A stretch of DNA of 64,000 nt from Azolla caroliniana (lineage: Eukaryota > Plantae > Polypodiophyta): NCBI GenBank assembly GCA_043228905.1, contig JBHGNT010000020.1:3162001-3226000 (forward strand). Direction: 5' to 3'. The translations under genes and the position numbers were made by a program. Positions 11,093 to 21,762 of the stretch are shown here, one piece after another. The notes beneath the pieces are model-generated. The model ran no database searches and was not told the origin of the DNA. It saw nothing but the letters and a program-made list of their open reading frames with translations. The first letter of the stretch is position 1. Each line of letters begins with the position of its first letter.

Positions 11093-13793
11093 CTACTCTT
11101 CGTCCAAAATGTCCAGAATGCTTTGCTCCAGAATTTCCAATGGCTCGTCGGGAATCTGTTGTTGCTGTTCCGTTTGTGGCTGCTGCGGTGGCTGCTCCGT
11201 TTGTGCCTTCTCCGTTTGGGGCTGCTGCTCCGTTTGTCGCTCTGGCACCGGCGTTTCCTTCGTTATTTCCTCTGTCGGAGTTGTCGCTGGCTGACCGACC
11301 CCGACCTGGTCCCCGTCTGGTCCCTGTACCGGCGACGGTTCCTCATCACTAAGGTTGACCGTGCCGCTTTCCTTGCTTTTTCTTCCCGAAGCCGGGACCG
11401 CTCATAGCTCTCAAACTGGATTTGAGCCTCCAACCGATCGTCGTCCAGTTGAGCTATGAGCTGCCGGACCTGCACCAATTGTTCATCCGCTAGGGCTGTG
11501 AAATCTTCGGCTAGGTCATCCCTTATAGTGGTGAAGTCCTCTGATGTCAGCGTATAACAGTCGTCACCTTCCTTCGGCCGGTTTTCCACGTCCGCGCTGA
11601 GCAATTGGAGTTCCGCCGTATTTTGCGCCCATTTCGTCCACCATTGCACAGAGCTCTCGTCAATCAAGCGTTTGGTCTTGGTGAGCCATGGTCGGAGGAT
11701 GCACTGGATCCGTTCGGTTCCCATCCGTGATTTGTTCTCTGCGGCTTGTCGCTCCTCTTTCAATTGCTTGATGATTTTGACCGTGTCCGCCTCCTGCTCT
11801 CTATAATGCGACAATTGACTTTGATAGGTTGTTTGCAACCTCTGTAACACCATTGTCGCTCTTTCCTTTTCTTCATGGTTCTGCTTGTGGAGCTCCATCC
11901 GGTCCATCGCCGCTTCCTCCAATAGCTTTGAATTCTCAGCTCGTTCGTCGGCGAGTGCCGTTGTGGCCCTATCAACTTCTTGTCGGAGCTCGGAAAGCCT
12001 TTCTTGCTGTTGCTTATACTCCGCCTCCAGCTGCTTGTAGTCCTAGTGCAGATGATCAAAATCATCGGTCTTCTGCTTCAGCCTCTAGTTGATCTGCCGG
12101 CTTGCGCGGTCCTCCCGGTCCTTCTGTTGACGGAGTTCTTCATTCAGCCTTTCGATTTCCGTCTCCGCCATCCGTCACAGCTTGTCTTTCTCCTGCAGCA
12201 ATTTCTCTTTTTCCTCCTTTAGCCGGTCGTAAGCTTGATGTCCTTTACGCAGGTTTTCCTCTGCTCAGCGGAGGTTCTCAGTAGTCTTCTTTAATTCTTC
12301 TTCACCTTCTTCAAGTTGCGTTCGCGGCTCCGTAATGCTTCTTGTGCGGCAAGTTCGTCTCTTAAGTCGGCAAGCTCTTGGGCTTGCGCTGCATCCTTCT
12401 CCGGAACAGTTTCTATCTCGAAGGTCTTATTCGTATGTACATCCACCGGAGTCACCGGTGCTTGGATCTGTGTTGCGGTTAAGGCCATTTTGGCCATGTC
12501 TTCTGTGACCCGATCCAAGTCTTGTTCAAGGCACCGGATCCTTGACCGGGCCGTCTCTAGTTCATCGGTTGTGACTAGCAACCGTTCCATCTGCACTCGT
12601 TCTTCCGCCTCTACGTATCCGACTACCCCGTCAATTTGTTCTCCTATCCACCGGAGCCATTGGCTGCCGATGCCCTGTTGTTGCGTCTGCACGGCGGGTT
12701 GGCTGATGGGTTCACTTGCCGGTGGCTGGTCCCGCCTTTCTGCGTCGAGCGGCAATTCCGGCTCTACCTGCTGACCACTTTGCCGTTCAAGTTCCGGTTG
12801 TATTTTGACTGGCCGCACTTGTTCTGCTTGTTCTTGACTAGCTGAAGAGGTTGGCATTTGTATAACCGGCTCTTGAGTTACGGGGCATGCCGGTGCTGCC
12901 TGTTGTGCAAGGACTTCTGTGACCGGTTCCATCTGAACCGGTTCCGATGCCTCCCTTGGCGTGGGATTCTCAATGTGGGTTGCGGGCGTTCCATCCTTCT
13001 GTGGGTCCGAACGCTTCCCGGCTGATTCTACAGTCCTCTTCACCGGCCGCCGCTAGAGGTGCTCCGTAGGCTCTTCCTCCGTTTCCTCCTCCTGAGTCTC
13101 GACATTCATTCTTGCCGCCAGGGTGTCCATTTCTTGCTGCACCGATCGGTGGCGTGGGCTCCTCAGGGGCCGTGCCGGTGTCTCCTCGTGCGTGTCCGTC
13201 GACCGCTTCCGGTTGGCGCACTCCTTTGCCGCCTTCTCTGCGTCGGCTGTCTTCCCCTTAGTGGCCTTGGAGGCCAACAATTGATGCCATTTTGAAGCAG
13301 GTTCCGGGGTGCCGTTCGTTGCTCTTCCCCATTTCTTGGTCTGGACGGGTTTGACAGGTGGCGCCAATAGGGTGAGCCATTGCGTCACCGCATGCCATAT
13401 TTTCCGGCCTTCTTTGCCTTCCTTACCTCTTACAGCATCAATAGCCGCGCACAATCCGTCGGCGATCAGCATCGGCCAATCCACCTTGACCCCTTCGTAC
13501 GTTGCGATAATCACGCCTACTCGGTTCTGAGGCATAACGGGGGGTCGAGGGTATACGTGGCCGAACTCATGGAGTACATCTCTGCGTCGAGGTCGGAGAG
13601 CGTTGGCGACGTTTGACGGTGGAGAGAGTGTGACAGAGAAAGTTCTGAGTGAGGGGGTTCTCTGTGCGCGAGCTCTCTTCGATTGATCTTCACGCGTCTG
13701 TCTACGTCTGTTCTCCTTGGTTCGCGAAAGGAGAAGGTCTCGATGCGTGGGGGTTTTTCTCTCTGCATCTTGGCGTCTTTTTCGAGCGTACAC
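11093..13793 (-). pseudogene. Extra ORF2 of element A (env position): conserved N-terminal domain, Pro/Gln linker, coiled coil
   Basis: ORFs 13053-13793, 12291-13043 and 11263-11922; a frameshifted tail ends ILDILDEE* at 11093; homologous to ORF2 of elements B and C. Confidence 0.75.
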
Positions 13794-14127
13794 GTGTGTA
13801 GGTCGTGTATTATAATAGCATTATGTGCCATGTGGCGGTGTTTTAATGCCCTATTCATAGCCTCCTCGTACCTTTTCGAAGTGCCTCTTTACTCCTCGTT
13901 TGCATGGCCGTTTCCACCAATCCTTTGCATGATTTCTTTGATTCGATTTTTATTTTTATTTTTATTTTTTGTTTTGAAATTAATAGTGTGGTTAATTTTT
14001 CTCCGATCCTGTCGGACCCTTACCCGAAACGCGCACCTTGCCGGCCTCTTGACGTTCTGCCGTCGTTTTGTTCTCTTCGGTTGCTGGCTCGTGCTCCTCC
14101 TTACCGGCTTGGTGGTAGCCGTTTTCC

Positions 14128-17100
14128 TCACAGGTTGCCGTTTTCCTCACAGGTTGCCGTCTTGGTTGTCCTGCCGGCGTCCGATTCGGTGTCGGCCCTT
14201 CGTTTAAATGGGTTCTTCTTGGGCATAGGTCCTTTGTATGGCTTTAGTCTAAATCCGTTGACCCATTTACCCAGCACCTCGCTGGCAAGTGTCCCTAACT
14301 GGTAAGACCCATTGAACTCGCGTGTGATCCAGTACGGTCCGGTCCATCTAAACTGTAGTTTGCATGGCATTTTACCCATTCGGGTCTGGAACACTAGTAC
14401 CGGCTTGCCGATTTCGAACATCTTTTCGTTTCCTTTTCGGTGCCGATCTACAAACGCTTTCCGTCGCCGTTGTTCCAATTCTAGGTGCATGATGCTCGCC
14501 AGTCGGTGTTCTTCTAGTTCACACAGAGCCTTTAACCGAATTGCCTCTGATTCCTTTTCATTAAGTCGTTCCCGAATCTGGATCCGTAAGCTCGGTACCT
14601 GGAACTCGACTGGCATGACTGCCTCTAATCCGAATGCTAACTAGAACGGCGTTGTTCGGATGCTTGTTTTGTACGTTGTCCGGTAAGCCCAGAGCGCACT
14701 ATGCAGCTTCGTATCCCAATCTGTCCGATTCTTATTGACGATCTTGCGCAGGATATTCTGTAGCATTTTGTTTGTTGACTCAGCTAATCCGTTGGCTTGT
14801 GGGTAGTATGGGGTGCTCCGTCTATGTACTACCGCATAGAATGACGTCAAGCTCTCCACTACTTGTCCAAGAAAGTGCCCTCCTTGGTCGCTTATCAGCT
14901 CTATGGGGCATCCGTACCGGCACCAAATGTATTCGTATAAGAATTTTGCCGTCGACGCCGCGGTGTTGTCTCGTAGGGCTTTGGCTTCCACCCATTTAGT
15001 GCAGTAGTCTATCGCGACGATCTACCGGTTGCCAGTTCTCATTGCCGGTGGTTTAAATGGTCCGACAAAATCCAGTCCCCATTTCTGAAATGGTTCTAGC
15101 GGTAGTACTGGCTGGTGTGGCATCCTAGCTTGTTCCGTTGGCTGGCCCATTGGCTAGCATAGATCACACTCTTTCGCGTACCGGATTGCGTCATTCAATG
15201 TAGTCGGCCACCATAGGCCACTTTGCCATATCTTCCTTGCCGTAGCATCCCCGGCATAATGGCCTCCGGCGACTCCGCAGTGTGCTTCCCGTAGTATTAC
15301 CTCTTTCTCGTCGCTGCGCACTGCTCGTCGCCATATACCGTCCGCACCTTTGTGGTATAGCGTGTCTCGTAATAAGCAGAAGTGCCGGCTTTGTACCGCC
15401 AGGCGTTTCCTCTCGTCCCGGTTCATCTCCTCTAGAGGCAATCTGGTGCTCAGAAATTGGTGCATTTTTGTTAGCCACTTATCTTCTGGTGCCACCGTTT
15501 CATTTGTTGCCGTTTCTGCGGTGACTCGAAATAGCTCAGCATCCGGAACTCCTTTGTTGGTTTCGCCGGAATCTAACCGGCTTAAATAATCTGCTACCGC
15601 GTGCTGTATGCCGGGTCAGTGGAATATCTCGAATTCGAATTCCTGTAATAGCAAAGTCCACCGGGCCAACTTACCGGTTAGTGACGCTTTGGACACTAGG
15701 TAGAGGAGTGCCGAATGATCTGCATGGAAGGAAAACTTTCTTCCCAAAAAATAATGCCTGAATTTTGTTACGTTGTAGATCATGCCTAAAGCTTCCCTTT
15801 CCGTGGTGGAATAATTTCGTTCGGCTTGGGATAACTTCCGGCTTGCGTAATATACGGGCCAGTACCATCTTGGCTCCGTAAGTTGCATCAGCGCACTCCC
15901 GATTGCAATGTCGGACGCATCCATGAGCACATGAAATTCCTTCACCCAATCTGGGGGTTGCACTATCGGCGCTTGCGACAATAGAACTTTGAGTGCCCAG
16001 TATGCCTTGTCTTCGGTGTCGGTCCACTGGAACGGTGTTCGGTGTACCACAACATGCAGTGGTGTAGCTAGGTCCGCCAAATACCGGAGCATTTGGCTAT
16101 GCCAACGGATTTGGCCTAAGAAACGGCTCAATGCTTTTGCCGTTGTTGGTGCCGGTGCCTCTAGGATTGCTTTTACTTTGTCTGGATCCACGACGATGCC
16201 CTCCTTGCTCACAATGTGCCCTAGTAGTGTTCCGCTGGACACGCCGAATACACACTTCGCCGGATTCAGGCTTAGCCGGTAAGCCCTACACTTTTCTAGA
16301 CACAGTCGGAGGTGCTAAAGGTGGTCTCCTTCCCGGCTGTAAACGGCGAAGTCGTCGAGGAACATCTGCATGAATGCCGGTATGAATTCTCCGAATATTT
16401 CCATTATGATCCTCTGGAACGTTGCCGGCGCCGTTTTTAGTCCGAACATCATCACTACGGCAACAAACACTCCCTATATAGTGACGAAAGCCATTTTCTC
16501 CTAGTCATCGGGGTGCATCCGGATCTGGTTGTATCCGCTGAATCCGTCTAAAAAACTGTATACCTCATGGCCAGCAATTGCATCCAAAACTCCATCCGTA
16601 AATGGAAGTGGAAATGCATCAGTTACCGTCGCCGCATTAAGCTTCCGGTAGTTGACACACACTCTAAGTTTGCCGTTTTTCTTTGGTACGACTACTATCG
16701 AGCTCAGCCATGTAGATTTCTTTACGGGACGGACAAGTTGTTTTTCAACAACTTGTCGATTTCCTCAACTTTGGCGGCATAGTTTGGATTCATCCGGTAC
16801 CGTCGCTATGCTACCGGTTTGGCGTCTTTGCTCAAATGTATCTGATGCTGATATAGCTGAGGATCGAGCCCTCTCATATCTTCGTAGGACCACAAAAACA
16901 CGTCCCAAAACTCTTTGAGAAGTGTAATCATCGCCGTTCTGTTCTCCGTAGTCATTTCCTTGGCTATCTGCACCGGTCTCGCCTCTTTCGTAGTTCCTAG
17001 TTTTACCTCCTCTAGTTGGGATGCTTTAACCCGTTATGATATGGCCATTTCTTTTTCGAGTGTTTCTTGTGCTTGCCGTAGCTCCCAGATCACTTCTTTA

Positions 17101-19115
17101 TTTGGTTCTTCGTCCGCTCCGTCCGGTGGCAGTATGTATGGTGCTACGGCTTTAGCTATGTCAATTTCGAACAGGAGTACTATCTTCAGATTATCTTTTA
17201 AGTATTGATCCACCTCTTCGTCTGCTAATCCGTCCAGTATATTGACACATTCGGCATATAGGGGTGTTAATTCCTTCCCGGTACCCGTCCGTGGTTGTGT
17301 CGGTACCCGTACTTTTGCTTTTCCCCGCCGGAAGGTGATTATATTCTTTCTCCAATTTTGTTTAATGTGCGCTGTTTTAAACCACAGCCGCCCAAACAAT
17401 AGCGGGTAAGCGCCTTGTGCCTGTAATTGTAGCACTACTACCGAGATGCGAAATGTGTGGCCGCCGATTGCTACTTCCAAATCTCGTATCAAGCCGGTCG
17501 GTCGCACTGAGCTTGTATCCGCCATCCGTAGCCAAAACGGGATTGGTTCCCACACTTGGATTCCCAAGGTTGTGCATGTTCAGAGGCTAATCACATTGAC
17601 GCCGGATCCTCCATCTATTATTGTTCCGAGTAACTCCTTTCCCTTCACGATGGCTGTGATCGCCGGACTGTTTGTGTCTACCACCGCCGGTCCCTCCTCC
17701 GGATTTGAGATGAATGTTGGTGCCGATGTTGTTTCTCCTGCCGTCATGCCTTCTTGGGTCCTTCTATGAATCTGGGCACTAGTTGCAGAAGGCGTCCTAA
17801 TGGCAGCGTGATTTGGCACTCCTGCAATGCCTGCCATGTCGCATTTTCAGTCTGACTGCCGCTGGCGAGCTCTTCGGTGTTCTCCTTTTGCTGCGCAAGT
17901 TCTGCTACGTTTCGCTCATTTGGCTTTTTCACCCATTCCGTTGCCTGCTTCCGGATGGCCTCTTGTGTCTCCCATTCCGTCGTCTTGCCCTTCGACCTTG
18001 TGGTAACCTACTGCAGGTCTACAACTTCGGCAACTACCATGTTTACTGCCGGTCACTTGTCATAGCTTTTTTCCGGACATTGATTACTATAATGTCCTTC
18101 TTGCCGGCAATAATAGCAATATGCTTTCCGGGTATTGCTGGATTCGGCATTGTTTCCTATACTCGGTGGAGGACCTGTGGTAACCGCGGGGCTTTGGTCC
18201 GGTTGGCTGCTTGAGGCGCCTTTTTCCGGTTCACGTGGGTGGCTCCCTTTTTTGAAATGTCGTTTTTTATTAAAGTTCTTTTTGTTGCGGTACCCTTGAC
18301 GGGGTTGGTCATCATATCTCCCGTAATCTTCCCGTCGTTGGTGATACCTGGGGGAGTGATCCCGGTTGTAATGCTCATACCGTCCATTGTAATCTCGGTA
18401 CCTGCCATATCTCTCGTACTGTTCATAGTTATCTCGCCGATCGCCGTACCGGACATCCTGTGCCGGTCGATATCGCTCCTCTCGCCACCAGCATTCGTCT
18501 TCTTCATCACGACTGCTACGTGGCTCAATTTGCCGGACTGGTGGTGCTTGCCGATTCAATAAGTTATATTCGCACCGGTCCATCGTGTGGCTCGTAGACT
18601 GGCAGAGTAAGCAGTGCGTCCACATGGTGCACACTAGTGCCGAGTGTCCGGAATTCAAGCAAGTCGTGCATTGGATTGCTTGCTAGAACCAGAGATCCTC
18701 ATCGGTTGGTAACGCTCGTTGGAGGGCTCCCATTGTTAGCCAAGAGCTCGTTTTCTCCATTTCTCTAAGTTACCCGGTCGATGACCTGGTCGACGGTGCT
18801 TGTGCGAAAGTCGATGACCGTGCATACCGTTCGTAGAGGTTCCCGGAGCGCGGCTAAGAATATAGCCCGTGTTTCTTCCTCCGGAGGTGTTCGGGTAAGC
18901 TGACTGTGCATCCGTTGAAACCGGATGAGAAACTGCGGAATGCTCTCCCCAAGGTCTTGTCGGATGGTCTAAAATAGGCCCACCATTTCTCTTTGGTCCA
19001 CCTCCTTCTGAAAGAAGTGCAAGAATTTATCTTTCAAGTTTGCTAGGTCCTCCCGTACGGTCGCAATGCTCTCCTAGTTTAGCTTATAAAACCCTCGGTC
19101 GTCTTTCCGTCGGTG
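14128..19115 (-). pseudogene. gag-pol of element A, many stops and frameshifts
   Basis: Three CCHC knuckles, IIDGGSG, FLGQIRWH, NYSTTEREAL, AHCGVAGGH..CDLC, ISDQGGHF, WTGPYWI. Confidence 0.9.
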
Positions 19116-21300
19116 CCGTTTTCAATTGCACTGTGAACCTTTCCCGGTTTGTTTGGAGAAGGATGCGCACGTTATCCGTGATGGCCTGGCAGCGGTTGCG
19201 TGCGTCTTCCATCGACTTCTGGAGATTTGCGATTTCCTGTTGTTTAACGGCTGCCGCTTCCTCATACGTGGCCTTCAGGCCCGCCCACAACTGGGATTCC
19301 TTTGCATGTTGTTCTTCTAATTTCCCCATTTCATTGTTTAGGCAGATTTCGAGTTGATGCCTTCTGTCTTGTTCGACCACCAACTGCTCATCGAACCATA
19401 CCTTCTTTTTTTCTAATAAGGCCCGAAGTCCCGCTATTGCCGCCTCCGATTTCTTCGCGTCCTCTCGTAATTGGGTGTTGTCGTCTTTTGTCCCGATGTG
19501 CCGAGCTACCTCCGTAGCTAGTTTCTCTTCAAGAGTTTTTACGGCCTCCCGTCCGTTAGCCCGTATCTCCTTTTCTCTGTCGGAGGATTGGCGTAGTTCT
19601 GCTCGAAGACGGTCAATTTCAGATTCCGCTAGCTGCACGGCCCTTTTTGCTTTTGCGGCGATGGCGGTCTGAGCCTCGATTTCTTCTTTTAGAGCGTCGA
19701 TGACGTGGTTCGGTGGCGGGGTTGCGTGTTGCGCCGTAGTTGCGTGAGCTTCCAACTCCGCGATGCGTGCATTGGCCTTTTGTAGTTCGGCTTCGGTCAA
19801 TTTAAGCTTCTTCCAGACATTCTTATTTTTTATGGCCATCTCCTTGGCGCCCGTGCTGACCTTTGCCAGTTCCCGATGGACTTCGACTAGGGCCGTGTTT
19901 AAGGGTGGTATCTCCATCCCTACTCGCAGTAGCCCGGCGTTCCTCTGTCTGCCGACCCTGGCTAGCCGGTCCTCATCGTCGCTCTCCATTGTTTGTGTTA
20001 GGGTGCGCTCGATCATCTAACGTTCCGCATGCTCCTCGGCCATTCGTTGGGCGGTTTTGACCTGTTGTGTTGCCAAGAACTCCATGAGCTCAAAAGAGGT
20101 ACCAAACTGCAAGAGGGCGCTGAATTCGTGGGTCGTATCCGGGATATCCGGATATGCCAAAACCTTGCTTTCCGTCGTCAATACGGCTTTCCCTCGTTGG
20201 GACTGAGTCATAATAATCGGCCGCGGCTCCCGGATGATTTCGAAGGTGGTATTCGGTTCTGCTGCTACGGAGCCTCCGCCTTCGGTTGGTGCCTCCGGAG
20301 CTATGGGGGCATTTTTTACCAACCCCTGCCCATCTTTCCTGTCCAATCTGCGCTATTTTGGTCTAGGGCTTTCCCGCCGTGTTTTGGTGTCTGGTTCTGG
20401 GGCTGCTTCCATGGGGCGTCTCGGCTGTTCCTCCTACGTCGCCCGTGTGTCCGGCTGGTCGGTAGGAGGTGTTGTCCCTGGGTCTGGCTGGGCCGGTTGG
20501 GGTTCCTCCTCCCACTCTAGGGCCACTAACTCCGCTAACCTGCATTTCGCGGATCGGGGTGGGGCCGTGGGTTGGCTGGGCTACGGTGCTGGCAGGCCTC
20601 AGGGTGGAAATAGTACCGTAAGATATTGTTGTATGATTGGCCTGAGCTTTTTGCCTGCTTGGTACGCATGCAAGCCTTCTCTTAACGTCGGCCCTGTGAT
20701 GACCCCCCAGTCGACTGCACGCCGTTCAAAGGTGTCGATAATGATGCCCGCCTTCTGCTTAGCCATCTCGTATGCGTTGACATGGACGTAGCCGACTTCA
20801 AGTAGGAACTTGGCAACTTCACGGAAGAAGGGATCCGGAATATGTTTTGTTCTATAGGCCTTGGCGGAGGATGAATATGGTCCAAAATACCGCTGCCACG
20901 CCTCTGCAAGAGGTATTTCGAAATGTCTTTCGCTTAGTGAGGATAGGTCCAACTTCTTCCGAATGGAAGAGTTGGTGACCGTGTTTATGTTAAGCTTCCT
21001 GGCAATGTTCATGGCGTCCGGGTGCGGAGGTGCTTTTGCGACCCGGATGTAGCCATCTAGGCGTTTCTCTACGAGCCATTGGCGTAGGGCAGTAGAGATG
21101 AAAATCGGCATCGCCAGAGTAGGTTCGTGGGGGGGAGACGAGAGGTTGTGGTGGGTTGGAGCTCTGAGATAGGATGGGGAAGAAGGTGAGGAGGACGAGC
21201 GATGGGAGCGCTGATGGCTAGAAGATGGGTTTTTGCTTTGTGTAGAAGATCTTCTATTTCCTTCTTTTTGTGGCTTAGGGTTCATTGGGCGGTGAGCCAT
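19115..21300 (-). pseudogene. Extra ORF2 of element B, 3'-truncated
   Basis: ORFs 20599-21300 (AGIIIDTFERRAVDWGVITG), 20017-20346 and the 19084-20016 coiled coil. Confidence 0.8.
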
Positions 21301-21762
21301 CGTGGTGCCGTGTGTTCTTGAACTAGGAGTTTGTGCATGCCTTTAGTCGTTTTAATAGTCGCTATCTTCTCTCTTTTTTTTCTTTTTTTTTCTTTTTCTT
21401 TGTAACGGTTATTTACAACCTATTTTTACATTATAGTACAAATGGGCTTGTCCATTTTACGCTGCAGGTTCTCCGGCTTTGTCCCGTTCGACGGTGAATG
21501 GGTTAGGTGACGTAGGGCCCAGGTAAGGTTTGAGCCGAAACCCATTCACTTTTTGCCGTACTATTTCTCCAACCAGCGTTCCTAGTTGGAACATGCCCTA
21601 TTCCGCTCCAATTATCCAGTATGGGCCAGTCCAGCGGAAACATAACTTCCCCGGCATATGGCCCATGTGCGTTTGAAAAACTAGCACCGCTCGGCCCACG
21701 GCGAACTCCTTTTCCCGTGCGCTCCGATGTCGATCGACAAACGCTTTACGCCGTCGCTATTC

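Larger units (their letters stand above)
10603..19115 (-). mobile_element. Non-chromovirus Gypsy element A (Athila/Selgy-like), 5'-truncated: gag-pol, extra ORF, 3' LTR
   Basis: Minus-strand gag, IIDGGSG protease, RT, RNase H (DASDIAIG), integrase, then ORF2 and LTR. Confidence 0.9.

Noticed and set aside
19084-21300. Ogre-like ORF1 upstream of gag A
   Set aside because: It directly follows the integrase of element B and is homologous to the post-pol ORFs of A and C
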